Shown: in pieces, positions 37,822 to 47,256 of the stretch
Layout of the letters: each line of letters begins with the position of its first letter
Numbering within the stretch: the first letter of the stretch is position 1
Assembly: GCA_001795615.1 (NCBI GenBank)
Contig: MGKI01000011.1
Location: 44,996 to 108,995 of the forward strand
DNA: 64,000 nt
Source: Candidatus Yanofskybacteria bacterium RIFCSPLOWO2_01_FULL_42_49
GTDB taxonomy: Bacteria; Patescibacteriota; Minisyncoccia; 2-02-FULL-40-12; GWA2-44-9
Reading direction: 5' to 3'
The notes under the pieces: model-generated
Told to the model about the DNA's origin: nothing
Database searches by the model: none
What the model saw: the letters and a program-made list of their open reading frames with translations, nothing else
Made by a program: the position numbers and the translations under genes

Positions 37822-39561
37822 TTAGAGACTTTGTGTCAACGGCACTTCAGAACCGCGAGCAAATATGTAGGCAGGAGTCATGTTGGCCCTCGAAAATAGG
37901 TGCCACCACGGATAAAGATCACGCAAACCTTTCTCAATAGAGAGAAAGATCTGCCTCACTTCGTGATTAACTGACGGTTTAGTTCTTTGCCAGTTACAAA
38001 ACTCATGCTGTCGCAAATTGGCTGAATAAATAAACCCAGCCCTAAAACCAATCGGCAGAATATACTGAGATATTACTGGCGGAACTTGATTTAATCCCAC
38101 ATAAACATTTTGGCTTGACTGTTTGGCGATTTGGAAACTTTTAGCAAGCTTAGGAGGCTGTGGTTTATCATACCGATAAAATCCGAGAGAGGGGGTCAAT
38201 AAAGTCCTCCGATGAGTAGACAGACCCTGACGATGCAAGTCGCGCCATCCTCTAAAAGACATCACCCCCACAAAGGGAACGGTGACTAACTCAAATTCTC
38301 GAGGCAACTTGTCGTGATCGTCGCGTCCGCCAATAAATAATTCCCCAACGATATCTCGAATGTCCAAAATACTCAGATGCTCGTCTTCTTCTCTAAAGAA
38401 AAATGCCTCTTCGATAATGTTTTTGGCTATTTCGTTCTTGGGAACAGTAATAAAGGGCACAATTCTTTCTAACCCGCCAAACAAGGTTAGCGGTATATGC
38501 TTCCACCCCCGTATTTCAGCATCCGAGGGTTGATAGTGACGAATGAACTGGTCTGCTCCGACTTTGCCTGCTTCCTGCAAAATCAATTCCACAAGCGCTA
38601 AATTTTCAGCCGTATCATCAAGAATAAGGTGTCTTAGAACAGACGGCAGTGACTCGCCACTAATCGCGGCGGCGACAGAAGTAAGGGTTGCTGCCGGAAG
38701 TAAGTTGCCTAAAATATCAAATGTTTCACCGGCAACACCAACTTCAACTTTGCCTCCATTCTCTTCGATCAACTTCCCCCATTTCTCTCTAAGAAAGTTA
38801 GGAAACAGACCGTTTAAATTATCGCCCAAGTTGTCTGCATAAAGAATAAACAGACTGTTTAGGTGATTTTGAATAACTGACGCGGATGTTCCTAATACTC
38901 GGAGTTCGTTATCAATTGGATATACTCCCGCTTTTTCTCTGTCGACAAATCTTGTCGACAGCTCAACATAACCGGCTCCGGGCCGCGTCCACTCAATTGA
39001 TTTAGCGGCAAGAATAGAAACATCCTCAAAACAGATCCATACCTCACCCATCCTGGCAATAGAGTTGTGGCCATATTGATCCAACCACATACCAAGAAAT
39101 TTTTTGGCTTTTTGCGAATCTGCCAACAGCCGAGTATATGCTTCTTCGGGGGCTTGAGACACAAACCACTCAAATTTAGACCTCGTTTCAGATGAGTAGG
39201 AAATAAAATCGCGCAGATTTTTTATTTCATGGTTCTTAAGAAATGGCTCAACATCGTCTTGGCTCGTGCATAAATTACTCACCAGAAGACCAGGCAAAAA
39301 AGAGTCGACAAAAACACCCCTGATTCCGCGTTTATTTTTAAGCCTGGAGAACATCGAGGCAAGCGTGGCCATTACATTAGAAGGCAAGGAATGCATAAAA
39401 AATACCCGTTGATCAATATTAGTAAAGAATGGTTTTAATGTTTTTTGTTCATCTCCTGAAAAAGAGTATCCGACTTTGGAATGAACAAACTCTCTAGCAA
39501 CCGAAACAAGAGCATCCTGCTTTTCTTTCGGCAGCACAGACAAGCCAAGACCTGTGTCCAT
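37822..39561 (-). CDS. Thy1/ThyX-family (flavin-dependent thymidylate synthase) homolog with tandem duplicated domains and degenerate catalytic motifs.
   Basis: Half 1: YGHNSIARMGEVWICFEDVSILAAKSIEWTRPGAGYVELSTRF versus ThyX GH-x-SV-x-EH…F-x-GVSR…QLVRHR-x-ASY-x-E-x-S-x-RY (AGYVELSTRF matches ASYNELSGRY). Half 2: …FVGVMSFRGWRDLHRQG…SLGFYRY. The RHR and E-H residues are substituted in both halves. 579 aa. Confidence 0.4.
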   Translation of the reverse strand: MDTGLGLSVLPKEKQDALVSVAREFVHSKVGYSFSGDEQKTLKPFFTNIDQRVFFMHSLPSNVMATLASMFSRLKNKRGIRGVFVDSFLPGLLVSNLCTSQDDVEPFLKNHEIKNLRDFISYSSETRSKFEWFVSQAPEEAYTRLLADSQKAKKFLGMWLDQYGHNSIARMGEVWICFEDVSILAAKSIEWTRPGAGYVELSTRFVDREKAGVYPIDNELRVLGTSASVIQNHLNSLFILYADNLGDNLNGLFPNFLREKWGKLIEENGGKVEVGVAGETFDILGNLLPAATLTSVAAAISGESLPSVLRHLILDDTAENLALVELILQEAGKVGADQFIRHYQPSDAEIRGWKHIPLTLFGGLERIVPFITVPKNEIAKNIIEEAFFFREEDEHLSILDIRDIVGELFIGGRDDHDKLPREFELVTVPFVGVMSFRGWRDLHRQGLSTHRRTLLTPSLGFYRYDKPQPPKLAKSFQIAKQSSQNVYVGLNQVPPVISQYILPIGFRAGFIYSANLRQHEFCNWQRTKPSVNHEVRQIFLSIEKGLRDLYPWWHLFSRANMTPAYIFARGSEVPLTQSL

Positions 39562-39650
39562 CTTCCCTCTTTATCAAAGAACGGTTTTTAAATGTTATCA
39601 AAAAACTTGTAAACAAAAAAGCCCTTCTGGGGGCTTGAGCGAAAAAGGTA

Positions 39651-40334
39651 TTATGACAACTTGATCCCGTTGGCGTTTAGAAGTTTTAACAATTCGCTTT
39701 TGACATCAGAGAATATCTCCTCAATGCTTCTGGACCCGTCAATAAAATGAAGATTTGCTTCCGGGTACTCGCGAGCAAAGATATAAAAATTTTCCCTTAC
39801 TCTTGCTAGCGTGTCTAGCCTTTCCATTTCGTCAAACGACCGACCCGACGCCTTGCCTCGTTCAATGGCCAGTTCAGGTGGTACATCAAAAATAAATACT
39901 TTGTCAGGCCACACCCAGTATCGGCGGTGGAGTTGTTGGTTCATTTCCATAAGCATGTGCAATTCAATAACATTGCCCTTTTCTGCTCCGTAAACCATCG
40001 ACTCCCTAAACCTGTCAGTGCAGACGATGTGTCCCGCTTCAAGACCAGGTATTACTTCCATCTCGCAATGCATCCGGCTGTCTTTGGCAAACAACTCTTG
40101 CAAATCAAACGGATCGGTTTGAGCAAACAATTGCTTGTCTCCCAAAATAGACCTTATCATCCTTCCAAAGCGTTGAGTAGTCGGTTGTTTTGTCCGCAGA
40201 ACCGCAATATTTTTATCTGCCAGATTGGCCCTCAACCAGTTGCATATCCTCAAAACCTGGCTTGACTTCCCACAGAAGTCGATACCACTGCCACACAAAA
40301 AAAGGCCACGATAGGGATTTTGTAAAACACCCAT
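39651..40334 (-). CDS. Divergent thymidylate-kinase-like P-loop nucleotide kinase.
   Basis: FLCGSGIDFCGKSSQ P-loop, LRTKQPT…GRMIRSIL, lid region HIVCTDRFRESMVYGAEKG, and DVPPELAIERGKASG…FDEMERL (Tmk architecture). A canonical tmk exists at 59920. Confidence 0.55.
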   Translation of the reverse strand: MGVLQNPYRGLFLCGSGIDFCGKSSQVLRICNWLRANLADKNIAVLRTKQPTTQRFGRMIRSILGDKQLFAQTDPFDLQELFAKDSRMHCEMEVIPGLEAGHIVCTDRFRESMVYGAEKGNVIELHMLMEMNQQLHRRYWVWPDKVFIFDVPPELAIERGKASGRSFDEMERLDTLARVRENFYIFAREYPEANLHFIDGSRSIEEIFSDVKSELLKLLNANGIKLS

Positions 40335-40508
40335 GTTTTTCTCCTTAAAGAACTAAAATGCTCCAGTAGGAGCATTTTAGTTCACTTTCAAAAATTAAGC
40401 AAGTTTTTACTTCATCCCGCACCAATCTTATCCCTGCCTGCCGGCAGGCAGGCGTTGACCGCCATTAAGAAAGGTGGCGGGATTGGTGCGGGATTCCGTT
40501 CGCTTCGC

Positions 40509-40931
40509 TCACTTCACTTCAATCCCCATCGATCTTGCCGTTCCCTCGATTATTTTCATTGCCCCTTCGACATCATTCGCGTTTAAATCGGCCATTTTTT
40601 GTTCAGCTATCTCTTTGACTTGGGCTTTGGTAACTTTGCCGACTTTTGTCTTGTTTGGCACACCGGAACCTTTTTCAAGTCCGGCGGCAACTCGTAAAAG
40701 ATATGCCGCAGGAGGGGTTTTTAATTTAAATTCAAAACTCCTGTCTTCATAGATAGTTATCTCGACTGGGGTAACTTGGCCCATTTTATCTTTGGTTGCA
40801 TCATTAAACTGCGACACGAACTGCTGGAGATTTATTCCATGAGGACCCAAAGCCGTACCAACCGGCGGAGCCGGAGTAGCTCGCCCGCTTTCGACTTGGA
40901 GTTTTACAATTGTTTTTATTTTCTTAGCCAT
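40509..40931 (-). CDS. rplK: 50S ribosomal protein L11.
   Basis: [34 protein letters not shown]. 140 aa. Confidence 0.9.
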   Translation of the reverse strand: MAKKIKTIVKLQVESGRATPAPPVGTALGPHGINLQQFVSQFNDATKDKMGQVTPVEITIYEDRSFEFKLKTPPAAYLLRVAAGLEKGSGVPNKTKVGKVTKAQVKEIAEQKMADLNANDVEGAMKIIEGTARSMGIEVK

Positions 40932-40934
40932 AAA

Positions 40935-41112
40935 TTTTAATAAATCTCTAAATCCTAATCTCTAAATCCTAAACACCTGCCTGCCGGCAGGCAGGAATCC
41001 AAAATTCTCAGCCTGAGGCTGATCCGCCTCTGGCGGAAAATATCTAAATGTTTTTGGATTTTGATATTTGGTCATTTGATATTGTTTAGAAATTAGAAAT
41101 TGCGAGTTATAT
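40935..41112. repeat. Composite intergenic element, copy 1 (AT-rich heptad module plus three GC hairpins), upstream of rplK.
   Basis: aaatctctaaatcctaatctctaaatcctaaacacctgcctgccggcaggcaggaatccaaaattctcagcctgaggctgatccgcctctggcggaaaatat…gatattgtttagaaattagaaatt. Nearly identical to copy 2. Confidence 0.85.
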
Positions 41113-41115
41113 TTT

Positions 41116-41661
41116 TTACAATTTCTTAATTTGTAAAAAATCTAACTCGACTGGTGTTTCGCGACCAAAAATAGTCACCAACACCTTTACTCGGCCCTTT
41201 TCCGGATCTATCTCGGATATCTTGCCGTCAAAGTCCTTGAACGGACCGTCGGTTATTTTTACCCTATCACCCACCTCCACGTCAATCTTGTACTTCGGTT
41301 CGTCAACGCCCATTCTCTTCAATAATGTCTCAACTTCTTCGCTTGAAAGAGGCGTCGGCACGGTGCCAGCTCCGATAAATCCGGTCACATTCGGCGTATT
41401 TCTAACTACATACCAGGAATCATCATCCACCAACATCTCAACTAAAACATAGCCGGGATAAATTTTTTCCTCAATCGTTTCTCTTTTCCCGCCCTTAATT
41501 CTGATCTTTTTTTCCTTGGGAACAAGAACATTAAAAATTTTGTCTTCAAATCCAAGCGACTCAACACGCTGTTTGAGGTTTCGGGACACATTGTCTTCAT
41601 AACCTGAATAGGTATGGATCGCGTACCACTGTTTCTCTCCGGTTGTAACTTGCTTCGGCAT
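41116..41661 (-). CDS. nusG: Transcription termination/antitermination factor NusG.
   Basis: WYAIHTYSGYEDNV NGN domain plus KOW (VGDRVKITDGPFKDFDGKISEID). 181 aa. Confidence 0.85.
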   Translation of the reverse strand: MPKQVTTGEKQWYAIHTYSGYEDNVSRNLKQRVESLGFEDKIFNVLVPKEKKIRIKGGKRETIEEKIYPGYVLVEMLVDDDSWYVVRNTPNVTGFIGAGTVPTPLSSEEVETLLKRMGVDEPKYKIDVEVGDRVKITDGPFKDFDGKISEIDPEKGRVKVLVTIFGRETPVELDFLQIKKL

Positions 41662-41844
41662 TTATAACTTGCTGGCCGCTCTCGCCTTCCGGCAACTGCC
41701 GGATTATGGCGAGTACGCTCTTGACCGACTTTTTCGTTAAATCTTTCGCTTGCTCCTTACCATACATTAGTATGGCTCGTCGCAATGCTCAGATTTGTCT
41801 CAAATTCGGTCAAGCCAGCTGCGTTCTAATCTAAATCTTTTTTA

Positions 41845-42027
41845 TTAAATTATGAATTTATTCAACAACCACTCGAACATAAAATCTAATAACCCTAAAA
41901 ACACCGCTGTAGCCAAACTAATAGCAACCACCACAATGGTATATTGGACAGTTTGGCTTTTGGTCGGCCAGCTTACTTTTGATAATTCGTGTCTGACCTC
42001 TTTTAGAAAAGTAATGAGTTTATCCAT
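41845..42027 (-). CDS. secE: Preprotein translocase subunit SecE.
   Basis: MDKLITFLKEVRHELSKVSWPTKSQTVQYTIVVVAISLATAVFLGLLDF. Conserved secE-nusG-rplK order. Confidence 0.75.
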   Translation of the reverse strand: MDKLITFLKEVRHELSKVSWPTKSQTVQYTIVVVAISLATAVFLGLLDFMFEWLLNKFII

Positions 42028-42098
42028 TCCATTAATTAAAGTATTTAAAAACGCCCTCGGGCGCACTTAATTTCCCTTAATGATAGCAAAATTTAATA

Positions 42099-42392
42099 TT
42101 AACTGTCAATAGCCTTCTTCTGAACATCGGTGGCCAATAAATAACCTGAGCGAAAGTAGTATTTAAGATTTTCCAAAAAAGACATTCCGTCGTAAGGATA
42201 TAGTTTGCCGGGTTTCGCATTTTTGTAATCAAAAATTCCTTCTCCTTCTATGTTTTTTAAAACGGGGTGGTTTTCATCTCCGTCAATTTCAACTCTCCCC
42301 GGTTCATCGCCTTGCATTTTAAAAGTAGCAATCTTTCTTTGCTTTGCATCTTTGTCCAGTTCGTATAAGTCAACGAAATAAAATAAGGTCAT
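42099..42392 (-). CDS. Hypothetical protein (97 aa).
   Basis: ORF only. Overlaps the next gene by 4 nt. Confidence 0.4.
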   Translation of the reverse strand: MTLFYFVDLYELDKDAKQRKIATFKMQGDEPGRVEIDGDENHPVLKNIEGEGIFDYKNAKPGKLYPYDGMSFLENLKYYFRSGYLLATDVQKKAIDS

Positions 42393-43147
42393 ATCGAGAT
42401 TGTTCCGGTTTCCAATACCGTTGCCGCTATTTGCTTAACACCGGTTATAACTTTGATCAAGGTCGGTGTCACTGTTTCAACACCTATTTCTCTTGGGTCA
42501 ACCAGAAGCCGCTCTAAGGCCTCAACGAGCCTTCTCAATGGCTCTCTCGATTCGTCGTTAATTTCTGTCTTTAGCCCCCGGCGTTTAGCTTCACCTAACA
42601 TGTAATTATACTGATTCCATTCTTCCTTGGCATCTGCAAACATAAAATCATCATGGTCTGTGAGCCAAATTTTTTTAGTTCTTTCTAAAAAAATATTTGC
42701 TAATTTTCTGTCCGCTGCCTTTATCAGATGTTCAAAAAGTACCGCTCGAAATAATTCCTCGTCTGAAATTTCTCTTAAACAATCATCCTCAAGTTTCACG
42801 GCCGGTGTGGCTTCACCTAAAAACCGCTGCAAGGTTCCCTCTTCTTGATTAACCGTCCTCATTACGACTTCTGGGACGACTCCTAATTCTGCGGTTTTAC
42901 TGATAAGTCTCGCTAATAGCTCAAGTTGAACTCTTAATGGCCTTCCTCTGGCTTCGCTCTCTTTGGGCCTGAACAAACCCTTCCCGTCATCTCTAATTTC
43001 TACAACATCAAATCTCTCCGCTCCCTCAAGTGGCCGACTGTCAACAATCTCTCCTCTCTCCAAAACCGACTCAATATCAACTTCCGGACCTGTTTCCGGC
43101 TTTGTGACTGGAGCTTCATGTTTTTCGAAAGATTGACCCTCTGCCAT
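42389..43147 (-). CDS. Hypothetical acidic protein (about 252 aa from MAEGQ).
   Basis: ORF. The track's 69-nt N-terminal extension (MDSCLPAGRCLGF…) is translation of the intergenic palindromic repeat, so the start is placed at 43147. Confidence 0.45.
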   Translation of the reverse strand: MAEGQSFEKHEAPVTKPETGPEVDIESVLERGEIVDSRPLEGAERFDVVEIRDDGKGLFRPKESEARGRPLRVQLELLARLISKTAELGVVPEVVMRTVNQEEGTLQRFLGEATPAVKLEDDCLREISDEELFRAVLFEHLIKAADRKLANIFLERTKKIWLTDHDDFMFADAKEEWNQYNYMLGEAKRRGLKTEINDESREPLRRLVEALERLLVDPREIGVETVTPTLIKVITGVKQIAATVLETGTISI

Positions 43148-43335
43148 AAGTGGTAAAATCTCTAAATCCCAATCTCTAAATCCTAAACACCTGCCTGCCG
43201 GCAGGCAGGAATCCAAAATTCTCAGCCTGAGGCTGATCCGCCTCTGGCGGAAAATATTTAAACGGTTTTGAGCTTTGATATTTGGTTATTTGATATTGTT
43301 TAGAGTTTAGAAATTAGAGTTTAGGGTTTTCTGTT
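43148..43335. repeat. Composite intergenic element, copy 2, upstream of the hypothetical gene 42389..43147 and downstream of gyrB.
   Basis: Same about 150-nt sequence as copy 1 with a few substitutions. Confidence 0.85.
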
Positions 43336-43341
43336 CAAAAC

Positions 43342-45477
<2,136 letters not shown>

Positions 45478-45762
45478 CTAGACTGCTTAGAGGGCGGGAC
45501 ATTTTTATCATCTAATTATATCATTTTAAACTATTGAAATCAAGCAAAATTGTGGCTAATTTTGTAAAACAAAAGAGGGCCTTATTTGCCCTCCCAAATC
45601 TCCTGACTCGACTCGCGCCGGAATTGGTTGCGGTCATACCGGCCGCCTCTTCGCGCCGGCACGACTTTCTCGGTCTGCCGCGGAAGTGGCGCCCGCGGAA
45701 GCGCGATTCGCACCGCTTTTTTTCTGTTTTTCACCTTATCCTCCCACCAAACCCTCACATCA

Positions 45763-45798
45763 CCGCCATATAACTAGCAATTGTTAGTTATATGGCGG
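45763..45798. terminator. Perfect hairpin ccgccatataacta-gcaattgt-tagttatatggcgg at the 3' end of pheS.
   Basis: 14-bp stem seen directly, immediately downstream of the pheS stop (minus strand). Confidence 0.6.
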
Positions 45799-45799
45799 T

Positions 45800-46954
45800 T
45801 TACCTTAGTTCTACGTTAAATTGCTCCGCCGTTTGTTTATAAACTTTATCTTGAATTGCATCCACTTCCCCACTCTTCAGTGTCCTTTCCATACTTCTAT
45901 AAACGATACGGTAGGTGTAGCTGATCTTATCGGATCCAAATTTTTTAGAATCTTCGTATTTATCTATCAGCTCAACTTGTTCCACCAAATCTCCGCCCAG
46001 ATCTCTTATTAGTTCGAAATAGTTGTTGGGAATGAAATCTTTGTTTACCACAAAAGAAATATCGCGAGTTATGGCCGGGTACTTCGAAACTTCTTTGTAC
46101 TCCTGTCCTAGTTTCAACTGTTTTTTGACCCTCTCGTCCTGCGACCAGAAAAGACGGATATCGGGAATATTCATATTGGCTATCGCTAGACGCTCCAATC
46201 CGAATCCAAAAGCCCAGCCGTTGTAAACATCCGGGTCAACGCCAAAATTTTTCAACACGGTTCCTCTCACAATGCCGCATCCAAGCACCTCAACCCACCT
46301 TTCTTTTATCTTTACTTCCATCTCAACGCTTGGATCCGTATACGGAAACTGGTCAATATTAAAACGATGTTCAACTTTTTCTCCAAAAATCGCCTTGGCA
46401 ATTTCGGTCAGCACTTCTTTCAAATCGTCGATGGTAATAACCTTTTCTTCCCGCCGTACAAGATACCAGCCGTCGATCTGATGAAACACCGGCATGTGGA
46501 AACGATCAATCTCATCTTTACGATATACTTTCCCGTGAGATAAGGCTCCGACGCTTTTCCCTTTTTCAATTTCACTTTTTACTTGAGGCAACCCCAAATG
46601 GTAATACCACATCACGGTGGTGTGGGTCCTTAAAACATTTTCTTGATCTACAAAATATGTATCCGACGGATTGCGGGCGGGGTGATCCGAAGGAAAGTTA
46701 AACAAATCAAAACTCACATCGTATCGGACGATTTCCGGCACTTTCAAAACATTAAAATCGGCAAACCGAGGCAGAGCGACTATACGCTCAGCGAGTTCCG
46801 CAAGCGGACTGTCCGGTGTACGGGACAGGTCGGGCATGGCTAAAAAACGCTTTAAGCGCAGCCCATCCGAGTCTGTCCTTCCTTCCAGTTGTTTGACAAG
46901 TTCAGATTCTTCCGGTGATTTTATTTCAATATATTTTGAATCGTCAACTGACAT
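45800..46954 (-). CDS. pheS: Phenylalanine--tRNA ligase alpha subunit.
   Basis: FPYTDPSVEMEV…GWAFGFGLERLAI class II motifs. 384 aa. Confidence 0.85.
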   Translation of the reverse strand: MSVDDSKYIEIKSPEESELVKQLEGRTDSDGLRLKRFLAMPDLSRTPDSPLAELAERIVALPRFADFNVLKVPEIVRYDVSFDLFNFPSDHPARNPSDTYFVDQENVLRTHTTVMWYYHLGLPQVKSEIEKGKSVGALSHGKVYRKDEIDRFHMPVFHQIDGWYLVRREEKVITIDDLKEVLTEIAKAIFGEKVEHRFNIDQFPYTDPSVEMEVKIKERWVEVLGCGIVRGTVLKNFGVDPDVYNGWAFGFGLERLAIANMNIPDIRLFWSQDERVKKQLKLGQEYKEVSKYPAITRDISFVVNKDFIPNNYFELIRDLGGDLVEQVELIDKYEDSKKFGSDKISYTYRIVYRSMERTLKSGEVDAIQDKVYKQTAEQFNVELR

Positions 46955-46959
46955 GGCCG

Positions 46960-47154
46960 TTATTTCTTAAATATTTTTTTAACCACCAGCTTTAATATCA
47001 GAAACAATCCCGACAGTGAAAGCAGCAGCGAACTAAAAAATAAAAATTTAACTAATTTACCAGCCGTATACGGATCGTGGCCGATGACTATAATAATTAG
47101 TCCGGCCACCGATGAACTGACGATTATAAGAATGCTCCAGATAAAAAACTTCAT
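46960..47154 (-). CDS. Small two-TM membrane protein (64 aa).
   Basis: Two hydrophobic helices and a Lys-rich tail. Confidence 0.35.
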   Translation of the reverse strand: MKFFIWSILIIVSSSVAGLIIIVIGHDPYTAGKLVKFLFFSSLLLSLSGLFLILKLVVKKIFKK

Positions 47155-47256
47155 AGTGAGATCATCTCAAAATATCTTAACTGAAATTCCCGTTTTTGAC
47201 AATTATTTATCAGGTTGTATGCTAGCGGCATCATCCTTAAAAACTAGGGGTTTTTA

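Noticed and set aside
41597-41785. 62-aa ORF in the secE–nusG spacer (possible rpmG/L33)
   Set aside because: The sequence does not resemble L33 (no C-x2-C…C-x2-C or KGK motifs). The spacer more likely is a nusG leader with long-range stems (cttgaccga…tcggtcaag).
45600-45750. SRP (4.5S) RNA assignment for the GC-rich locus
   Set aside because: There is only a partial GGAAG match (cgcGGAAGtgGcGCc versus ccGGAAGgaaGCAGCc). The conserved asymmetric-loop A's are absent, so this is not assigned.
45534-45773. 79-aa Arg-rich + strand ORF
   Set aside because: It lies within the GC-rich putative sRNA locus. High GC inflates random ORF length, and there is no RBS or domain. It is treated as non-coding, though not excluded.
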